Below, one piece after another: positions 1-10,359 of a stretch of 64,000 nt of DNA. Under the pieces are notes generated by a model, which worked only from the letters and a program-made list of their open reading frames with translations, made no database searches and was not told the DNA's origin. Where the stretch lies: IMG/VR virus record IMGVR_UViG_3300049489_000444, positions 23,108 to 87,107 of that record. The stretch is one strand, 5' to 3'. The stretch's first letter is position 1. The number at the start of each line of letters is the position of its first letter. Source of the DNA: a virus. A program made the position numbers and the translations under genes.

Positions 1-74
1 CCGCTGATGTGCTTGCGGCGCCGCACCTTCATGGTTCCGTGTGCGATTGACTTCACGTATAGATCGCTGCTCAT
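1..74 (-). CDS. 5' end of the gene following the tape measure (runs off the window; probably tail tip/baseplate hub)
   Basis: ATG at 74 with AAGGAG RBS at 81-86, reading MSSDLYVKSIAHGTMKVRRRK. The product is guessed from gene order only. Confidence 0.5.
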   Translation of the reverse strand, partial: MSSDLYVKSIAHGTMKVRRRKHIS

Positions 75-89
75 ATGGTTCTCCTTGGT

Positions 90-2990
90 TCACTTGTGCG
101 TAGCGGTTGTTTGTGTTGACGGTAAAGCTCCGGCCGTCATTTCCGCACCATTAACTGCAGTCTCTTGCGCCTTATTGGGGTCCTCTTTAACAGTCAACGT
201 GCTTCCTGGCGCCATACTGACCTCGCCAGTTCTTTGATCCACGGATGACCCAGGAGCCATATAGAGCGAGAGACCACCAAGCTGACGTTCGCGTGCGGCT
301 CTGATTTGTTGTTCCGTGTCTCTGATCGCATTTGGACTGCCGGTCCCTATTGGTGTGATGGTTTGAATGGCCTTGGCGGCCTCAACTGCGTACTTGCCTT
401 GTTTGCGTAACGTCTCGTCAGAAATGTCAGAATCTGTCATCACTTTGGAAGCGCCTATTCTCTTGTAGGCATCTGCCTCTGGAAGATCAGCATGCTCCTT
501 TAGGGCGATGAGCTTCTGGTCATCAGTTGCTGCACTCTTCATGATATCGTCAATGAGATGTTTTTGCTTCTCACGGTAGTAGTTTACCATCTTAGCGGCG
601 ATATCGTCAGACACGCCGCTAGTCCTCTTTAGATTGGCTTTAAGGAAGGCGTCCGATGATCGGAGCCCATGTTGCTCGTCCATCATCTTTACGAAGTCTT
701 TAGGATCGAAACCGCCCTCAGACGCAATTTGCTGGATCTCTTTTGGGAGCGTTTTGAATTCCTCTGTTTTCTGCAGTCGACTGAACGCTACACGCTTTTT
801 GGCGTCCTCGTCGCCAAATGTTGCTGCCATAATATCAAGAGCAGCACCAGTCAACTTTAGTTTGACGTTGAGTTCGGTAAAGGCCTCGGCGAGGTTCTTT
901 GATGAATCTATGACACCATTCGAGGCGTACTGGATGGCCTCCATTCCTTTACTAGCATCATCGAAAGCTTTCTTCTGTGAGATAGGTTGGCCCGTCTTTG
1001 GGTCTAGTTTTTTGTTGTTTTCGTTGAGTCTAGCTAGTTCCTTATCGAGTGTACTGTTTTTGTCTGTAAGATTTTTCATCACAAACAGCAATTCACCGTC
1101 GTTGAGGCTAACACCTTTTTCTGCAAGCAAGGCGCGTAATGTTTCGATCTGAGATGCCATATCTCCGCTGGTCTGCTTGAGTATGTCTTTGAGGGCGGCA
1201 TCTTGGTATTGCATGCCCTTTGTGGAGCCGCCAATCATGCTACCGATGTACTTGGCAGCCATATCCTTTGATATCTTCCCCTTGCCTAATTCGGAATACA
1301 CGTCAGCCATTTGCTCCGCGGCGGCAGTATCATAATCCTTGGATAGCTCTTTGACGACATCCTTACGGTCCATCTTTGCGAATTTATCGCCGCGAGATTC
1401 GATCTCCTTACGTCCGCCGAGGATATTGAACAACTCGCTCTGTGTCCCTGTCTGGAAATCAATAATCCCCTTGGCGATCTTTTGACGGCGCTCCTCAGCC
1501 ATACCGGCCTTGGAAGCCAAAGCAGCTATTGTGGTGAGCTTTTTGGCAACTTCACCGTAGTTGAAAGACCAAAGATCAGCACGCCTAGCTGACTCGAATG
1601 TTATCTTGCTGAACTCATCCATGCGGATGATATTAGATCCAAGTTCCTTTTTGAAAACGTCGTTCCCTGCCTGGAAAACATTGTAGATAGAGGCCATCTG
1701 CTCAGATATTTTTTCACCAGAACTGCTAAAATTACGGAAGCTATCCTCCATGATGGAGGTCATCTCTTCGCCAGTTTTTCCGAATGCTGTCTGGAACTTA
1801 AACGAGTCAACAGCCAGTTGTGTCATGACCTTTCCGGCTTCGGCTCCCATTGGACGAAAGGCCTTGCTCATGGCCGCGATACGTTCACGCGTGGCGTCAA
1901 CACTTACGCCCATCAGTCGAGTCTGTTCGATGGTATCTCGGTATGTATCGCGAAACATACCGTGGAATTCGGCCAGCGATACAACGGCCTCGCTATTTGA
2001 TTTAGGGATCTGTCCGGTAAATTTTACGTAATTTCCGGCAAGCCTCAGGAGCTTGTCGTCCATATCCGCTGCCGCTTTGATCCCTTCCTTTATAAGGGCA
2101 CCACCGCCCTCAGTAACCGCGCCAATCAACATCCCAGGTATCCCGGCACCAGCGCCTTTCATGGCCCCACTGGCTAACCCGCTGATGACATTCCCGAGAG
2201 TACCGGTGTCGCCACCGACCATACCTCCTACGCCTTGCGCGATTCCGCCCACAGCACCTAAACCGGCCCCTACAACGCCTTTAGCGAGCGGAGCCAGAGC
2301 ACCGCCGCCGGTAGGCTGACCACCAGTTGCTCGAGCCAATCCTGCGGATAGTCTGGCCTCCCGTGAACCATGAATGCCTTTAGCCAGTGTTCCAAGAATC
2401 CCATCCCTATCTGACATCTTCTGGATGGCTTGTGCGGCCCTTCCTTTTGCGCTTATGGCGCGAAGTTGCATCAATGTCCGTTCCCGATCGAATGCAGCCT
2501 TATCCTGCTTGTCGATCAGTGCGTTCGTCTTTGCCTGCCGATTACGGAATGCCTCAAACTTTCTAGCGTTCTTGGTCTGTAGGTCATCCTTTTTCTTTAG
2601 GATCCGAAGCTCTCGCTCTGCGCGCTGCTCAGACTCGAGATCGCCGTCAGCGATCGCCTTTTTCAGTTTAACCTCGGCCTCAAGCGCCCTCTGACGGCGA
2701 CCAGCCTCAGCCTCCTCTGCCTGCCTGATTCTGCGTGAGCGCGTCTCTTCTGCTTTCTGTAAGCTAGCCCTCGCGGAATGAATGCTGTTCAGTTCCTTTT
2801 CGGCCTTCTTTATTTCTTCAGCGATCTTTAGCTCAGCAGCGGTGTGACCTGTACTGGAGGCCCTCTCACCCATGGGTTCACGATGGAACGGCTGACGTGC
2901 TCCGCTCTGTTTGGCGGAACTCTCGCCGAGCATGACAGCCAGCTTACGTAAGCTGGCGTCCGACAAATCTACTGGTCCGCCGGCCATCAC
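90..2990 (-). CDS. Tail tape measure protein
   Basis: 966 aa, Ala/Lys/Glu-rich and helical with a Gly/Ala-rich hydrophobic segment. Lies directly downstream of sheath, tube and chaperone genes. Confidence 0.8.
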   Translation of the reverse strand: MMAGGPVDLSDASLRKLAVMLGESSAKQSGARQPFHREPMGERASSTGHTAAELKIAEEIKKAEKELNSIHSARASLQKAEETRSRRIRQAEEAEAGRRQRALEAEVKLKKAIADGDLESEQRAERELRILKKKDDLQTKNARKFEAFRNRQAKTNALIDKQDKAAFDRERTLMQLRAISAKGRAAQAIQKMSDRDGILGTLAKGIHGSREARLSAGLARATGGQPTGGGALAPLAKGVVGAGLGAVGGIAQGVGGMVGGDTGTLGNVISGLASGAMKGAGAGIPGMLIGAVTEGGGALIKEGIKAAADMDDKLLRLAGNYVKFTGQIPKSNSEAVVSLAEFHGMFRDTYRDTIEQTRLMGVSVDATRERIAAMSKAFRPMGAEAGKVMTQLAVDSFKFQTAFGKTGEEMTSIMEDSFRNFSSSGEKISEQMASIYNVFQAGNDVFKKELGSNIIRMDEFSKITFESARRADLWSFNYGEVAKKLTTIAALASKAGMAEERRQKIAKGIIDFQTGTQSELFNILGGRKEIESRGDKFAKMDRKDVVKELSKDYDTAAAEQMADVYSELGKGKISKDMAAKYIGSMIGGSTKGMQYQDAALKDILKQTSGDMASQIETLRALLAEKGVSLNDGELLFVMKNLTDKNSTLDKELARLNENNKKLDPKTGQPISQKKAFDDASKGMEAIQYASNGVIDSSKNLAEAFTELNVKLKLTGAALDIMAATFGDEDAKKRVAFSRLQKTEEFKTLPKEIQQIASEGGFDPKDFVKMMDEQHGLRSSDAFLKANLKRTSGVSDDIAAKMVNYYREKQKHLIDDIMKSAATDDQKLIALKEHADLPEADAYKRIGASKVMTDSDISDETLRKQGKYAVEAAKAIQTITPIGTGSPNAIRDTEQQIRAARERQLGGLSLYMAPGSSVDQRTGEVSMAPGSTLTVKEDPNKAQETAVNGAEMTAGALPSTQTTATHK

Positions 2991-3472
2991 TTACCTCCAA
3001 CGCCGAGTCCTTGCTGGAATGTGCTGAAGAACTCACGGAACTCCTCATAAGATAGCTCACTGGTATCGACAATTTCTTCGTCAGTTCCAGGGATGTAGTC
3101 GCCTCCAGCGATTCTGGGTTTGGTGGCCTCGAAATCCTTCTTGATCTGCTTGAATAGGTTGTTCGGGCTTGTGAGCAGGGCGTGCGGGTAGAATAGAACG
3201 TCAGGATCCTTTGGAGCGCGCACGACCCTTTCGGTCTTGTTCTTGGGCTCTTCAAAGTCTGATCTGTGCCAGATCGTGCCCATGTGCCGGCCGAACTTAT
3301 CCCAGTAGCGTGCCTCGTCCTCCCGTTGTTTCTTCGCGAGCGCATACTCCCAGAACTGAAGTTCCAGTACGGAATGTCGCGCGATTTCGCTGGGAGGCCG
3401 ACCCGTCTGGGCGCTGATGAACGCGATTCGCGCTAGGTCGGAATCGTTGTCGGTCTCCGTTAGACCAAAGGG
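2987..3472 (-). CDS. Frameshift extension (gpT-like part) of the tail assembly chaperone
   Basis: The -1 frame is open from the slippery heptamer at 3466-3472 to the stop at 2987 and includes the 98-aa ORF 2987..3283. Confidence 0.8.
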   Translation of the reverse strand, partial: PFGLTETDNDSDLARIAFISAQTGRPPSEIARHSVLELQFWEYALAKKQREDEARYWDKFGRHMGTIWHRSDFEEPKNKTERVVRAPKDPDVLFYPHALLTSPNNLFKQIKKDFEATKPRIAGGDYIPGTDEEIVDTSELSYEEFREFFSTFQQGLGVGGK

Positions 3473-4488
3473 CGGAGGTCCTCATCGATACGCGGCTTCG
3501 TCGTCGACACGTCGATCATAACGGAACCATGAATCTGACAGTAATACGGTAGCTCTTGGTCGCCCTCGTAGTGCCGCGGCTTCGAGAACTTGTGCTCACA
3601 ATCAGGCTCAACACAGACCCAGACAACATGGTCTGTTTTCTCGTACGACGTATACGAGGCCACCGACCCCTCGGGGTCGACCTTGGCCATGTACGCCTCA
3701 TACAGGGCATCCATGAGGCGATTCTTCATCCCACTGGTAAGCTCACCAAACAACATGACGGCCGCATTCTGCCTGATTGGTCCTTTGGGGATGAGCGGAA
3801 AACTGACATTATCATGATCAGTCGGTTCAAGGCCGAGCATCAACCAGACCGGGACGCTATCAACGGCGACGATCGAGAAACAGACCGCGGCCTGTTTGGC
3901 ACGCAGTGAATGTTCACCGATGGTCTCGGCCAACGAGTCCGCCGCACGTGCGGCCAGACTGACTAGGTCTGGCGTCAGTGGAACGAATGTCCACACATGG
4001 TCTGCAACCTTGACGTCGACGGGCGGCTTTTGGTCTGATCCGATTCCGAATTCATGACGCAACTGAGTCAGGAGCGGGTGTGGCGGCTTCTTACGGCCGA
4101 CGACGGCTTCGCGCTTAGTCTTCTTGCTCTGGAAGTCTGCAGGATTTGGCGGCGGCCCTACCGGAATACCGGCCGCACGCATGTCGTTCTCGTACTGGAC
4201 CCGTTCAGCCTCAGCCTCTTGCTTGGAGAGTTCTTCTTCCTCTGCCCTGGTTACTTCAGGTGGCTTTGGGATGACGATCCGCTGTCGGACGGGTTCCTTT
4301 ACGGTTCCTGTTTTCGGTTGAGGCGGACCCATCGGGATGCCCTGACTGAAGTCGATCGGCATACCGAGTTTTTGTCCGACCTCCGCGATGGCCGAACTCC
4401 GGGCGGCCATCTCGGCTTCAACCGTCTGGGCATGTTCTTGGGCGCGCCGTTGCGCGAGGCGTTCCTTCATATCAGTCATCTGAGTCAC
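3460..4488 (-). CDS. Tail assembly chaperone (gpG-like) with C-terminal Zn-ribbon-like motif
   Basis: 342 aa between the tube and tape measure genes. Contains CVEPDC...CQIH and ends two codons after the start of a slippery heptamer. Confidence 0.75.
   Translation of the reverse strand: MTQMTDMKERLAQRRAQEHAQTVEAEMAARSSAIAEVGQKLGMPIDFSQGIPMGPPQPKTGTVKEPVRQRIVIPKPPEVTRAEEEELSKQEAEAERVQYENDMRAAGIPVGPPPNPADFQSKKTKREAVVGRKKPPHPLLTQLRHEFGIGSDQKPPVDVKVADHVWTFVPLTPDLVSLAARAADSLAETIGEHSLRAKQAAVCFSIVAVDSVPVWLMLGLEPTDHDNVSFPLIPKGPIRQNAAVMLFGELTSGMKNRLMDALYEAYMAKVDPEGSVASYTSYEKTDHVVWVCVEPDCEHKFSKPRHYEGDQELPYYCQIHGSVMIDVSTTKPRIDEDLRPLV
3466..3472 (-). other. Programmed -1 ribosomal frameshift site C CCT TTG
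   Basis: X XXY YYZ heptamer in the correct phase one codon before the TAA stop; the -1 frame is open downstream. Confidence 0.8.
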
Positions 4489-4542
4489 CCGCTTGAGTTG
4501 GACTTACTGAAGTGGTCTTACCAAGTTTGGTTTATTGGACAA

Positions 4543-5046
4543 TCACTGGATCATCACGCGCTGGATGTACGCGACGGTCGCGTTTACGGTGTAGATCGCA
4601 TCACCTTGGGCGTCAGCGGTGTCCTCGTTGCGCTCTTGGAACCAGCAGCCACGGTACTGCCAATGGCGATACAGGGAGGTTCCACGGTAGAGGAACTCAT
4701 CGATCGTAAACGGGCGGGTCTGATCGGTGAGGTCATCCCATACCTGGGATGTGCTCGTCAGACCAAGCTCGACCTCGATCTCGTGCATCCACAACTCGAC
4801 GCGGCTGAATGCGATCGTGAACCCGCTCGCGACGCCAGGAACCAAGTCCACGGGACGACCGAATGAATCGACATTCAGTTCGTAGACGTGAGCCGTTGCG
4901 CGAGAATACGCCGTTGGCTGCCAGGACTTGATGCGGCCAATGACCACGTTGTCGACCTGAATGGTCAGACCGTGGTACGTCTTGGCCGTTGGCGCGTCAG
5001 GCGCGAACGAGTTGAGCTTCTGAACTGCCTTGCCGAAGATTGCCAT
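4543..5046 (-). CDS. Tail tube protein
   Basis: 167 aa right after the sheath, with tube-like motifs (IGRIKSW, ELN...DLVPG, PFTIDE, YRGCWF) and a GGAG RBS. Confidence 0.8.
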   Translation of the reverse strand: MAIFGKAVQKLNSFAPDAPTAKTYHGLTIQVDNVVIGRIKSWQPTAYSRATAHVYELNVDSFGRPVDLVPGVASGFTIAFSRVELWMHEIEVELGLTSTSQVWDDLTDQTRPFTIDEFLYRGTSLYRHWQYRGCWFQERNEDTADAQGDAIYTVNATVAYIQRVMIQ

Positions 5047-5093
5047 GCTTGACTCCCTTAGAGATCAGGTAAGCTAACCGCCGACCTTGCTGT

Positions 5094-8000
5094 TCAGCCG
5101 CCGAAATCGTTTGAGTTAACCGAGTATAAACCGAAAATTCTCTTGATTTCGTTCTTCAGCCAGAACGCAAACAGGATGTGATACAGCGTTGGATCGCTGG
5201 TATCGCGGAATACGATGACATCCTTGGACGGATCGATCGGACGCTCGCTACCGTCAGCCTTCTGGTAGCGTCCAATGAGGCCACGACCCAGAAGGGTTGC
5301 CAGCATCTGAACCAAGAAGCCACGAACCAAACCGACACCGGCCTCCGCGCTCGGAACAATGAGTCCAATCAGTTTGGAATCCAGTTCCTGCCTGACCTGC
5401 TTCACGACGTACATCTTCTGCGTCATGTTGTTGATCAGGTTGAAGTCTGGCGCGAAGGTGTCCGTGGTGACGTCCTCTTCGATACGGAAGACGCCGCCGC
5501 CCTGGTCGGTGAAGAAGATGATGTTGTTCGAGCCGAGCGCCAAGTTATTCGGGCTCTCGCTGTCACCGTAGGTCTGGACCGACTTGAAGCCTGGAAGGCT
5601 CTTGCGCAACACGGTGTCAGCCGGGTCAGCGAAACTCGCCACAAGGGCAGCAAGGGCTCCCGCCACGAATGAACCATCCAACGTGACCTCAGTGACCACG
5701 TTGTTCTCCAGCTTGAGATCGCGTGTGCAGGACGTGGCGCCAACCAACACACGGGTCCCGTGCGCTGGGTTTGCTCCGTATACCTGTAGGGTACGACGGC
5801 TGAGGGCGATGAGGGTGTTGGCCTCTTCCTCGCTGCCGATGGCGGTCCCAATAGGGGCACCTACCCACGTCATGCGGAAACGACGCTTGAACGGGTCAGC
5901 CATCTTGTTGACCGACTCAAGCTGCTTGGACAGCGTCGAGAAGTGACTCAGCACCACAATGTCGCTGATGTTCCGCGGCGCCTCAGAAGCCGCGATACCG
6001 TCGGCGAAATCGACGTCTGAATAGACGCCGTCACCGTCAGCATCCTTGACCTGAACGATATAGATGGCCGGACAAGCCACATCGCCCATGGCGATCTCGT
6101 TCATGATGTACAGGTGATTCGTCACCTCAGCCGGGGCGAGCAGCTTACGGCCATCGTCGAGCGAACGAATCAGGATGGGCTGGTTGTACAGTTCATCCGG
6201 GCGAACGTGCTTCGAGGTGACGTAATAGATCTGACCGGGAGCCGGCTCAGCGCCCTTGTAGATGTACTGTACCCGGACATCCACGGTCGGCTTTCCGCCG
6301 AGGAACACCAGATACTGCGTGGGGTCGCCGCTGGAGGTTGTGACCAGCGAGTACGAGAGCGGAAGACCGCTCACGGCTTCGGTCACCGACAACACGCCGT
6401 CAGTTTCCGGGACGTTGGCCAGAATCACGTACGGGGTCGCGGCCGCTCCGGTGATCACCCCGAGAACATCCGTCAGAATGGAACCCTTCGCGATGGTCTC
6501 AGTGGTCTTGCTGACCAGCGACCAGTTGATGGTTCCGTTCATAGTGGCCGAGAACGTGAACTTATTGCCGGCCACGTGACGGTTACCGCTGCGGAGGATC
6601 GTGAACGACGCACCAGCGACTGCCGGAGAAAACGCCGGAGCAGTCGTCAGGGCAGTCGCTGACGTGATAGCGGAAACCCTCACGGTCTGACCGCTGGCGG
6701 TGATGTAATCACCCACGGCAAGTTGAGTATCGAATTCCGTACCAGAACCGGTAACTGCGGTACCGGTGTTGGAGATAGTTCCTGTGCCGACCACGGTACC
6801 GACCGTCGGACCGCCGTGCATGTTACGAACGGCACAGTTGATGTTGCCGTTCATGATGAACCAGCCGTGCTTCCACGAAGCGCTCGACGGAGCGTACGAG
6901 TTATCCTCGGGAGCAGGCGTCACAATCCCGAAGCCGCCCTCTGGTGTGTTCGTGGTGTACGAGAGCGTAACGGCGCCGGAACCAACACCAGGGTTGGTGG
7001 CTGCGTCCGTGGTCAGCGTGACCGCCCGGTCGTCCTTCATCTGGTAGAACTGGCGCGGTGCCAACACCTTGAAGGAGAACGTGTCACCAACAATGAACGG
7101 ACCGCTCTGCAGATCAAGAGTCAGCACGATGCCATTGGACAGCGCCATCGTCGGATTCGCAGGCATCGTTGGAGCCTGCACGAACGAGTATGCGCTCGTG
7201 CCGGAGACCCCGATACGCTCACCGTATTCGGCCCAGGCCAACGTACCGCTGAGGGTCCCGTTAACGCCGAGGACCGTCTTACCCATCGGGGCAGACACCT
7301 CGATGATATCAGCGCCGGGTTGGGTGCCGCTGACCGTCGATGACGTGGTGCCAGTGAATGGCGTAGTCAAGGTCAGTGCGGTTTCCGATGACACGGACGC
7401 CACAACATAGACGTGCGTGAGTTGGTTGGAGAATTTGACTCGCGAACCGGCAACCAATCCGTCCGCCAAGAACGTGGTGCCAGTACCGGTAACGCTGGTG
7501 CTATTGGCTGTAACGGAGATGTTCGCGCCACCAGTCAATACGCTGGCCGTCACAGCAGAGCCAGTGTATGCCGGTGAGACCGTGAAGCTTGTAGCAGCTA
7601 GTGCCGAGTCAACCGTGTAGATGCTGTTCGGCTGCGTTGAAAACTTAATCTTGGAGCCAACCTTCAACTCGGAACTGAGTGTGGTTCCAACGCCAGCAGA
7701 GACGCTTGCGCCAGCGATATCGACCGTACCAGTAACCAGAGGTGTCGCGATGCTGGTGTTGAGCCCGACAGTTGTGACCGTGAACGGGCACGACGCTGTC
7801 GCGTTAACGGCAGCCTCGACCTGAGCCAACGTGCTGACGAGATTTCCAAGGTTGTCAGTAGCCAAGGTGACCGTGACAACCTTACCGCTGACAGACACAG
7901 AGAGTGGGCTGTTCGGTACGCCTGGGTTAACGAGACCGATCGTTGAATCGCCAGGACCGCCAACGGAATCGTCGTTGTATGCGGTACCGCCAACTTTGGC

Positions 8001-9203
8001 AGTATAGACGAAACCAACACCAGAGCGCAGCACCTGAACGGTAGCCTTGGTCGAGCTATCAGCCGCAGCAACACAGGACACCTTGTAGCTGGCATTCCAA
8101 GTGTTGTTTGGCTCAGACGTTCCGGCGTACGATAGTGCCGCATAACCAGTACCAGCGCTCTTGGTGATGGCGCCCTGCTCGTAGTACTGGTTGGTGTTGG
8201 CGTGACGTTCGTCGACCTCAATCAGGGCCGGACCCTGACCGTTGAGGGTGAACACGTCGCCGGGCGCGAAGTTGGACGCACCGCCGCCACCCCAATCGAG
8301 GTCCATCTCAAGCCCAAGTTCAAGAGCCTGCGTGGCGGAGGCTGGTGTGGCCTCACTGAATACGAAACTGGGCTTCGATACTGAAGGATCAAGAGGCGTA
8401 TTGGGTAGGTTGTTGTTACCTGAACTGGTTGCCTGCGCGGTCCATTCGAACGTCGCCGTACGGGTCGGTGACGTCCCACCAGCCGCCACACACCGCAGCG
8501 TGTAGAAGCGGTTGTAGTCGTGGTTGAATGCAGACGCCGAGCTATGCACCACCGTGCCGTTTCCGGTGTTACCAGCATCAGCGGCGATAGCCGTCACCGC
8601 ACGCAACTTAGACTGTGCGTCATTTCCTGTGTCGGCGGCCATCTTGTCGCTGAGTACGCCACCCACGACAGAGCCAATGGTGAAGTCGCCGAAGAAGTGC
8701 GTGTACTCTTCGTAATCGTTCGCATCAGGACCGTTACCGACGGCCATGAACTCACGAATCTCAGCAACCGGGAACGGATCGAGCACGTTACGGTCGATGG
8801 ACTGATATGAGATGAGGTACGTGGTGACGTTGTCGAATACCTCGGTGGAGATCTGGACGGAATCATACTTCCCAGTGTTGAGGTTCTTCAGGAACTGCCA
8901 CTGGTTCTGTTTGACCTCAGTCCCGTCGGCCTTCACGATGCGAGACACGCTCTTGTCGTTGGCGGCCGCGAACGGCAACAGCGCCGTGTAAGGAGGCAGC
9001 GGGGAGAACGTAAGCTCGGCGTCATAGACGAACGATCGACGAAGCTGCTGATTCTTCGCCACCGCGAAACGCGAACCAACCCCGATATAGCCAGGGATGC
9101 GTGTGTCGGGCGTGACCGCGGGTGCCGGGACAATCAATTGTCCAATGTAGGCGCCGGCCGTCGTGTACCTCGTAGTTACCAGAGTGGGATAGTTCGTCGC
9201 CAT
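5094..9203 (-). CDS. Tail sheath protein with multiple inserted beta domains
   Basis: 1369 aa. The C-terminus is sheath-like (DGSFVAGALAAL, FRIEEDVTT, VRQELDSKLIG, DPTLYHILFAF); AGGAG RBS; precedes the tube gene. Confidence 0.88.
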   Translation of the reverse strand: MATNYPTLVTTRYTTAGAYIGQLIVPAPAVTPDTRIPGYIGVGSRFAVAKNQQLRRSFVYDAELTFSPLPPYTALLPFAAANDKSVSRIVKADGTEVKQNQWQFLKNLNTGKYDSVQISTEVFDNVTTYLISYQSIDRNVLDPFPVAEIREFMAVGNGPDANDYEEYTHFFGDFTIGSVVGGVLSDKMAADTGNDAQSKLRAVTAIAADAGNTGNGTVVHSSASAFNHDYNRFYTLRCVAAGGTSPTRTATFEWTAQATSSGNNNLPNTPLDPSVSKPSFVFSEATPASATQALELGLEMDLDWGGGGASNFAPGDVFTLNGQGPALIEVDERHANTNQYYEQGAITKSAGTGYAALSYAGTSEPNNTWNASYKVSCVAAADSSTKATVQVLRSGVGFVYTAKVGGTAYNDDSVGGPGDSTIGLVNPGVPNSPLSVSVSGKVVTVTLATDNLGNLVSTLAQVEAAVNATASCPFTVTTVGLNTSIATPLVTGTVDIAGASVSAGVGTTLSSELKVGSKIKFSTQPNSIYTVDSALAATSFTVSPAYTGSAVTASVLTGGANISVTANSTSVTGTGTTFLADGLVAGSRVKFSNQLTHVYVVASVSSETALTLTTPFTGTTSSTVSGTQPGADIIEVSAPMGKTVLGVNGTLSGTLAWAEYGERIGVSGTSAYSFVQAPTMPANPTMALSNGIVLTLDLQSGPFIVGDTFSFKVLAPRQFYQMKDDRAVTLTTDAATNPGVGSGAVTLSYTTNTPEGGFGIVTPAPEDNSYAPSSASWKHGWFIMNGNINCAVRNMHGGPTVGTVVGTGTISNTGTAVTGSGTEFDTQLAVGDYITASGQTVRVSAITSATALTTAPAFSPAVAGASFTILRSGNRHVAGNKFTFSATMNGTINWSLVSKTTETIAKGSILTDVLGVITGAAATPYVILANVPETDGVLSVTEAVSGLPLSYSLVTTSSGDPTQYLVFLGGKPTVDVRVQYIYKGAEPAPGQIYYVTSKHVRPDELYNQPILIRSLDDGRKLLAPAEVTNHLYIMNEIAMGDVACPAIYIVQVKDADGDGVYSDVDFADGIAASEAPRNISDIVVLSHFSTLSKQLESVNKMADPFKRRFRMTWVGAPIGTAIGSEEEANTLIALSRRTLQVYGANPAHGTRVLVGATSCTRDLKLENNVVTEVTLDGSFVAGALAALVASFADPADTVLRKSLPGFKSVQTYGDSESPNNLALGSNNIIFFTDQGGGVFRIEEDVTTDTFAPDFNLINNMTQKMYVVKQVRQELDSKLIGLIVPSAEAGVGLVRGFLVQMLATLLGRGLIGRYQKADGSERPIDPSKDVIVFRDTSDPTLYHILFAFWLKNEIKRIFGLYSVNSNDFGG

Positions 9204-9336
9204 CGCAGTCTCCTACTACCTTTGGGTTCAGATCAAGTAAGTTCATCCAAAAGGTAGCGCCGGGCGCTTTGGGTATTCGATTGGCAATCACCAAACCAAA
9301 CGACCCAAGCCTTCAGGATCAAACATAAGGGCCGAA

Positions 9337-10353
9337 TCAAAATGTCACCACAACCGGGTGGGTCAGTACGACCTTCCTGGCCCACGGGACCGGAGCGGTC
9401 TCTTGTCGTTGTGTTGTATCGAGAATGAAAATGTCGAATGAACCTGTCCGGTGCGGGGTAACCATGAGGGAGTCTGGGTCGAGGGACGCGATACGTCCGT
9501 CCGAGAGCGCCAATCTATGCTGGTCACCCATGCGGGCAGGTACAATCATGAACGGCCCGTCGCTCAGTTTGACCGTGCTGGGTGCATCCAACGTAGGCCG
9601 GTAGGTCAGGCTGAGGTCTGGATCGTTGACCACCGCGCCATCCAAGATGGTCCTTGGAATCGGACGCTCGATTACGAACATATCTTCGGCCTGAAGTTCC
9701 ATCTCGATGGTGGAGGCCCAGATTTGATCTTTTGGGTCGTCGGCCACGTTTGAAGGCTGATTGATGGTACTGTTGAAGTTCAACGGAACACGAACCTCCC
9801 AGTACTCGTGAGGTTTCCCGGACGTCATTCGGGAGCCGCCGGCCTCGACACGTAGCTGCTTGCAGAAAATGCTGATGAGGTTCTGCAGCATCGAGCATGA
9901 TTCTGGATCTTGAGTCACGCAGGCCACGACAACATTGATGCGGGCCGCAATACGGTACCATCCCTGCCAATTGCCGTTGATTGCCGAGACGCGTTCCAGA
10001 CCACCACCCAGACCGGGTTCCTCCCAGATGAGCCCGGCATCGATAATCATGATCGCAGGTAGGCGTTGCCGGATTTCGTTGAACATCCGTGCAAGCTGCG
10101 TGGGCTTCTTGTTGGGGTCCGGGTTGTCCTGTAGGGACTTATCCGTGACGTACTGCAGGGCAGCCGTGCTGATGGCTTTGGTATAGTTTCGGTTGAATCC
10201 GGTCGTGTCTAGGAACGACGCGATATAGGCTTGAAGGGCGTTTTTCGCTACTGAAACGATGCGGTCATGCGAATCTAGGCTGACCGCCTCGGCGACGGAA
10301 CGTACCTTCGGGCGGTTAACGAATCCGCTTGGTGGGGCAGCCATGCCCACCAA
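9337..10353 (-). CDS. Putative tail completion/terminator-like protein
   Basis: 338 aa immediately upstream of the sheath, with an RLPAIMI motif and a beta-rich C-terminus. The call is largely positional. Confidence 0.45.
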   Translation of the reverse strand: MVGMAAPPSGFVNRPKVRSVAEAVSLDSHDRIVSVAKNALQAYIASFLDTTGFNRNYTKAISTAALQYVTDKSLQDNPDPNKKPTQLARMFNEIRQRLPAIMIIDAGLIWEEPGLGGGLERVSAINGNWQGWYRIAARINVVVACVTQDPESCSMLQNLISIFCKQLRVEAGGSRMTSGKPHEYWEVRVPLNFNSTINQPSNVADDPKDQIWASTIEMELQAEDMFVIERPIPRTILDGAVVNDPDLSLTYRPTLDAPSTVKLSDGPFMIVPARMGDQHRLALSDGRIASLDPDSLMVTPHRTGSFDIFILDTTQRQETAPVPWARKVVLTHPVVVTF

Positions 10354-10359
10354 ATAGGG

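Noticed and set aside
90-10353. Extracellular contractile injection system or tailocin rather than a phage
   Set aside because: The tail genes are interleaved with a phage-type DNA polymerase, topoisomerase, ThyX, a homing endonuclease and many small phage ORFs.
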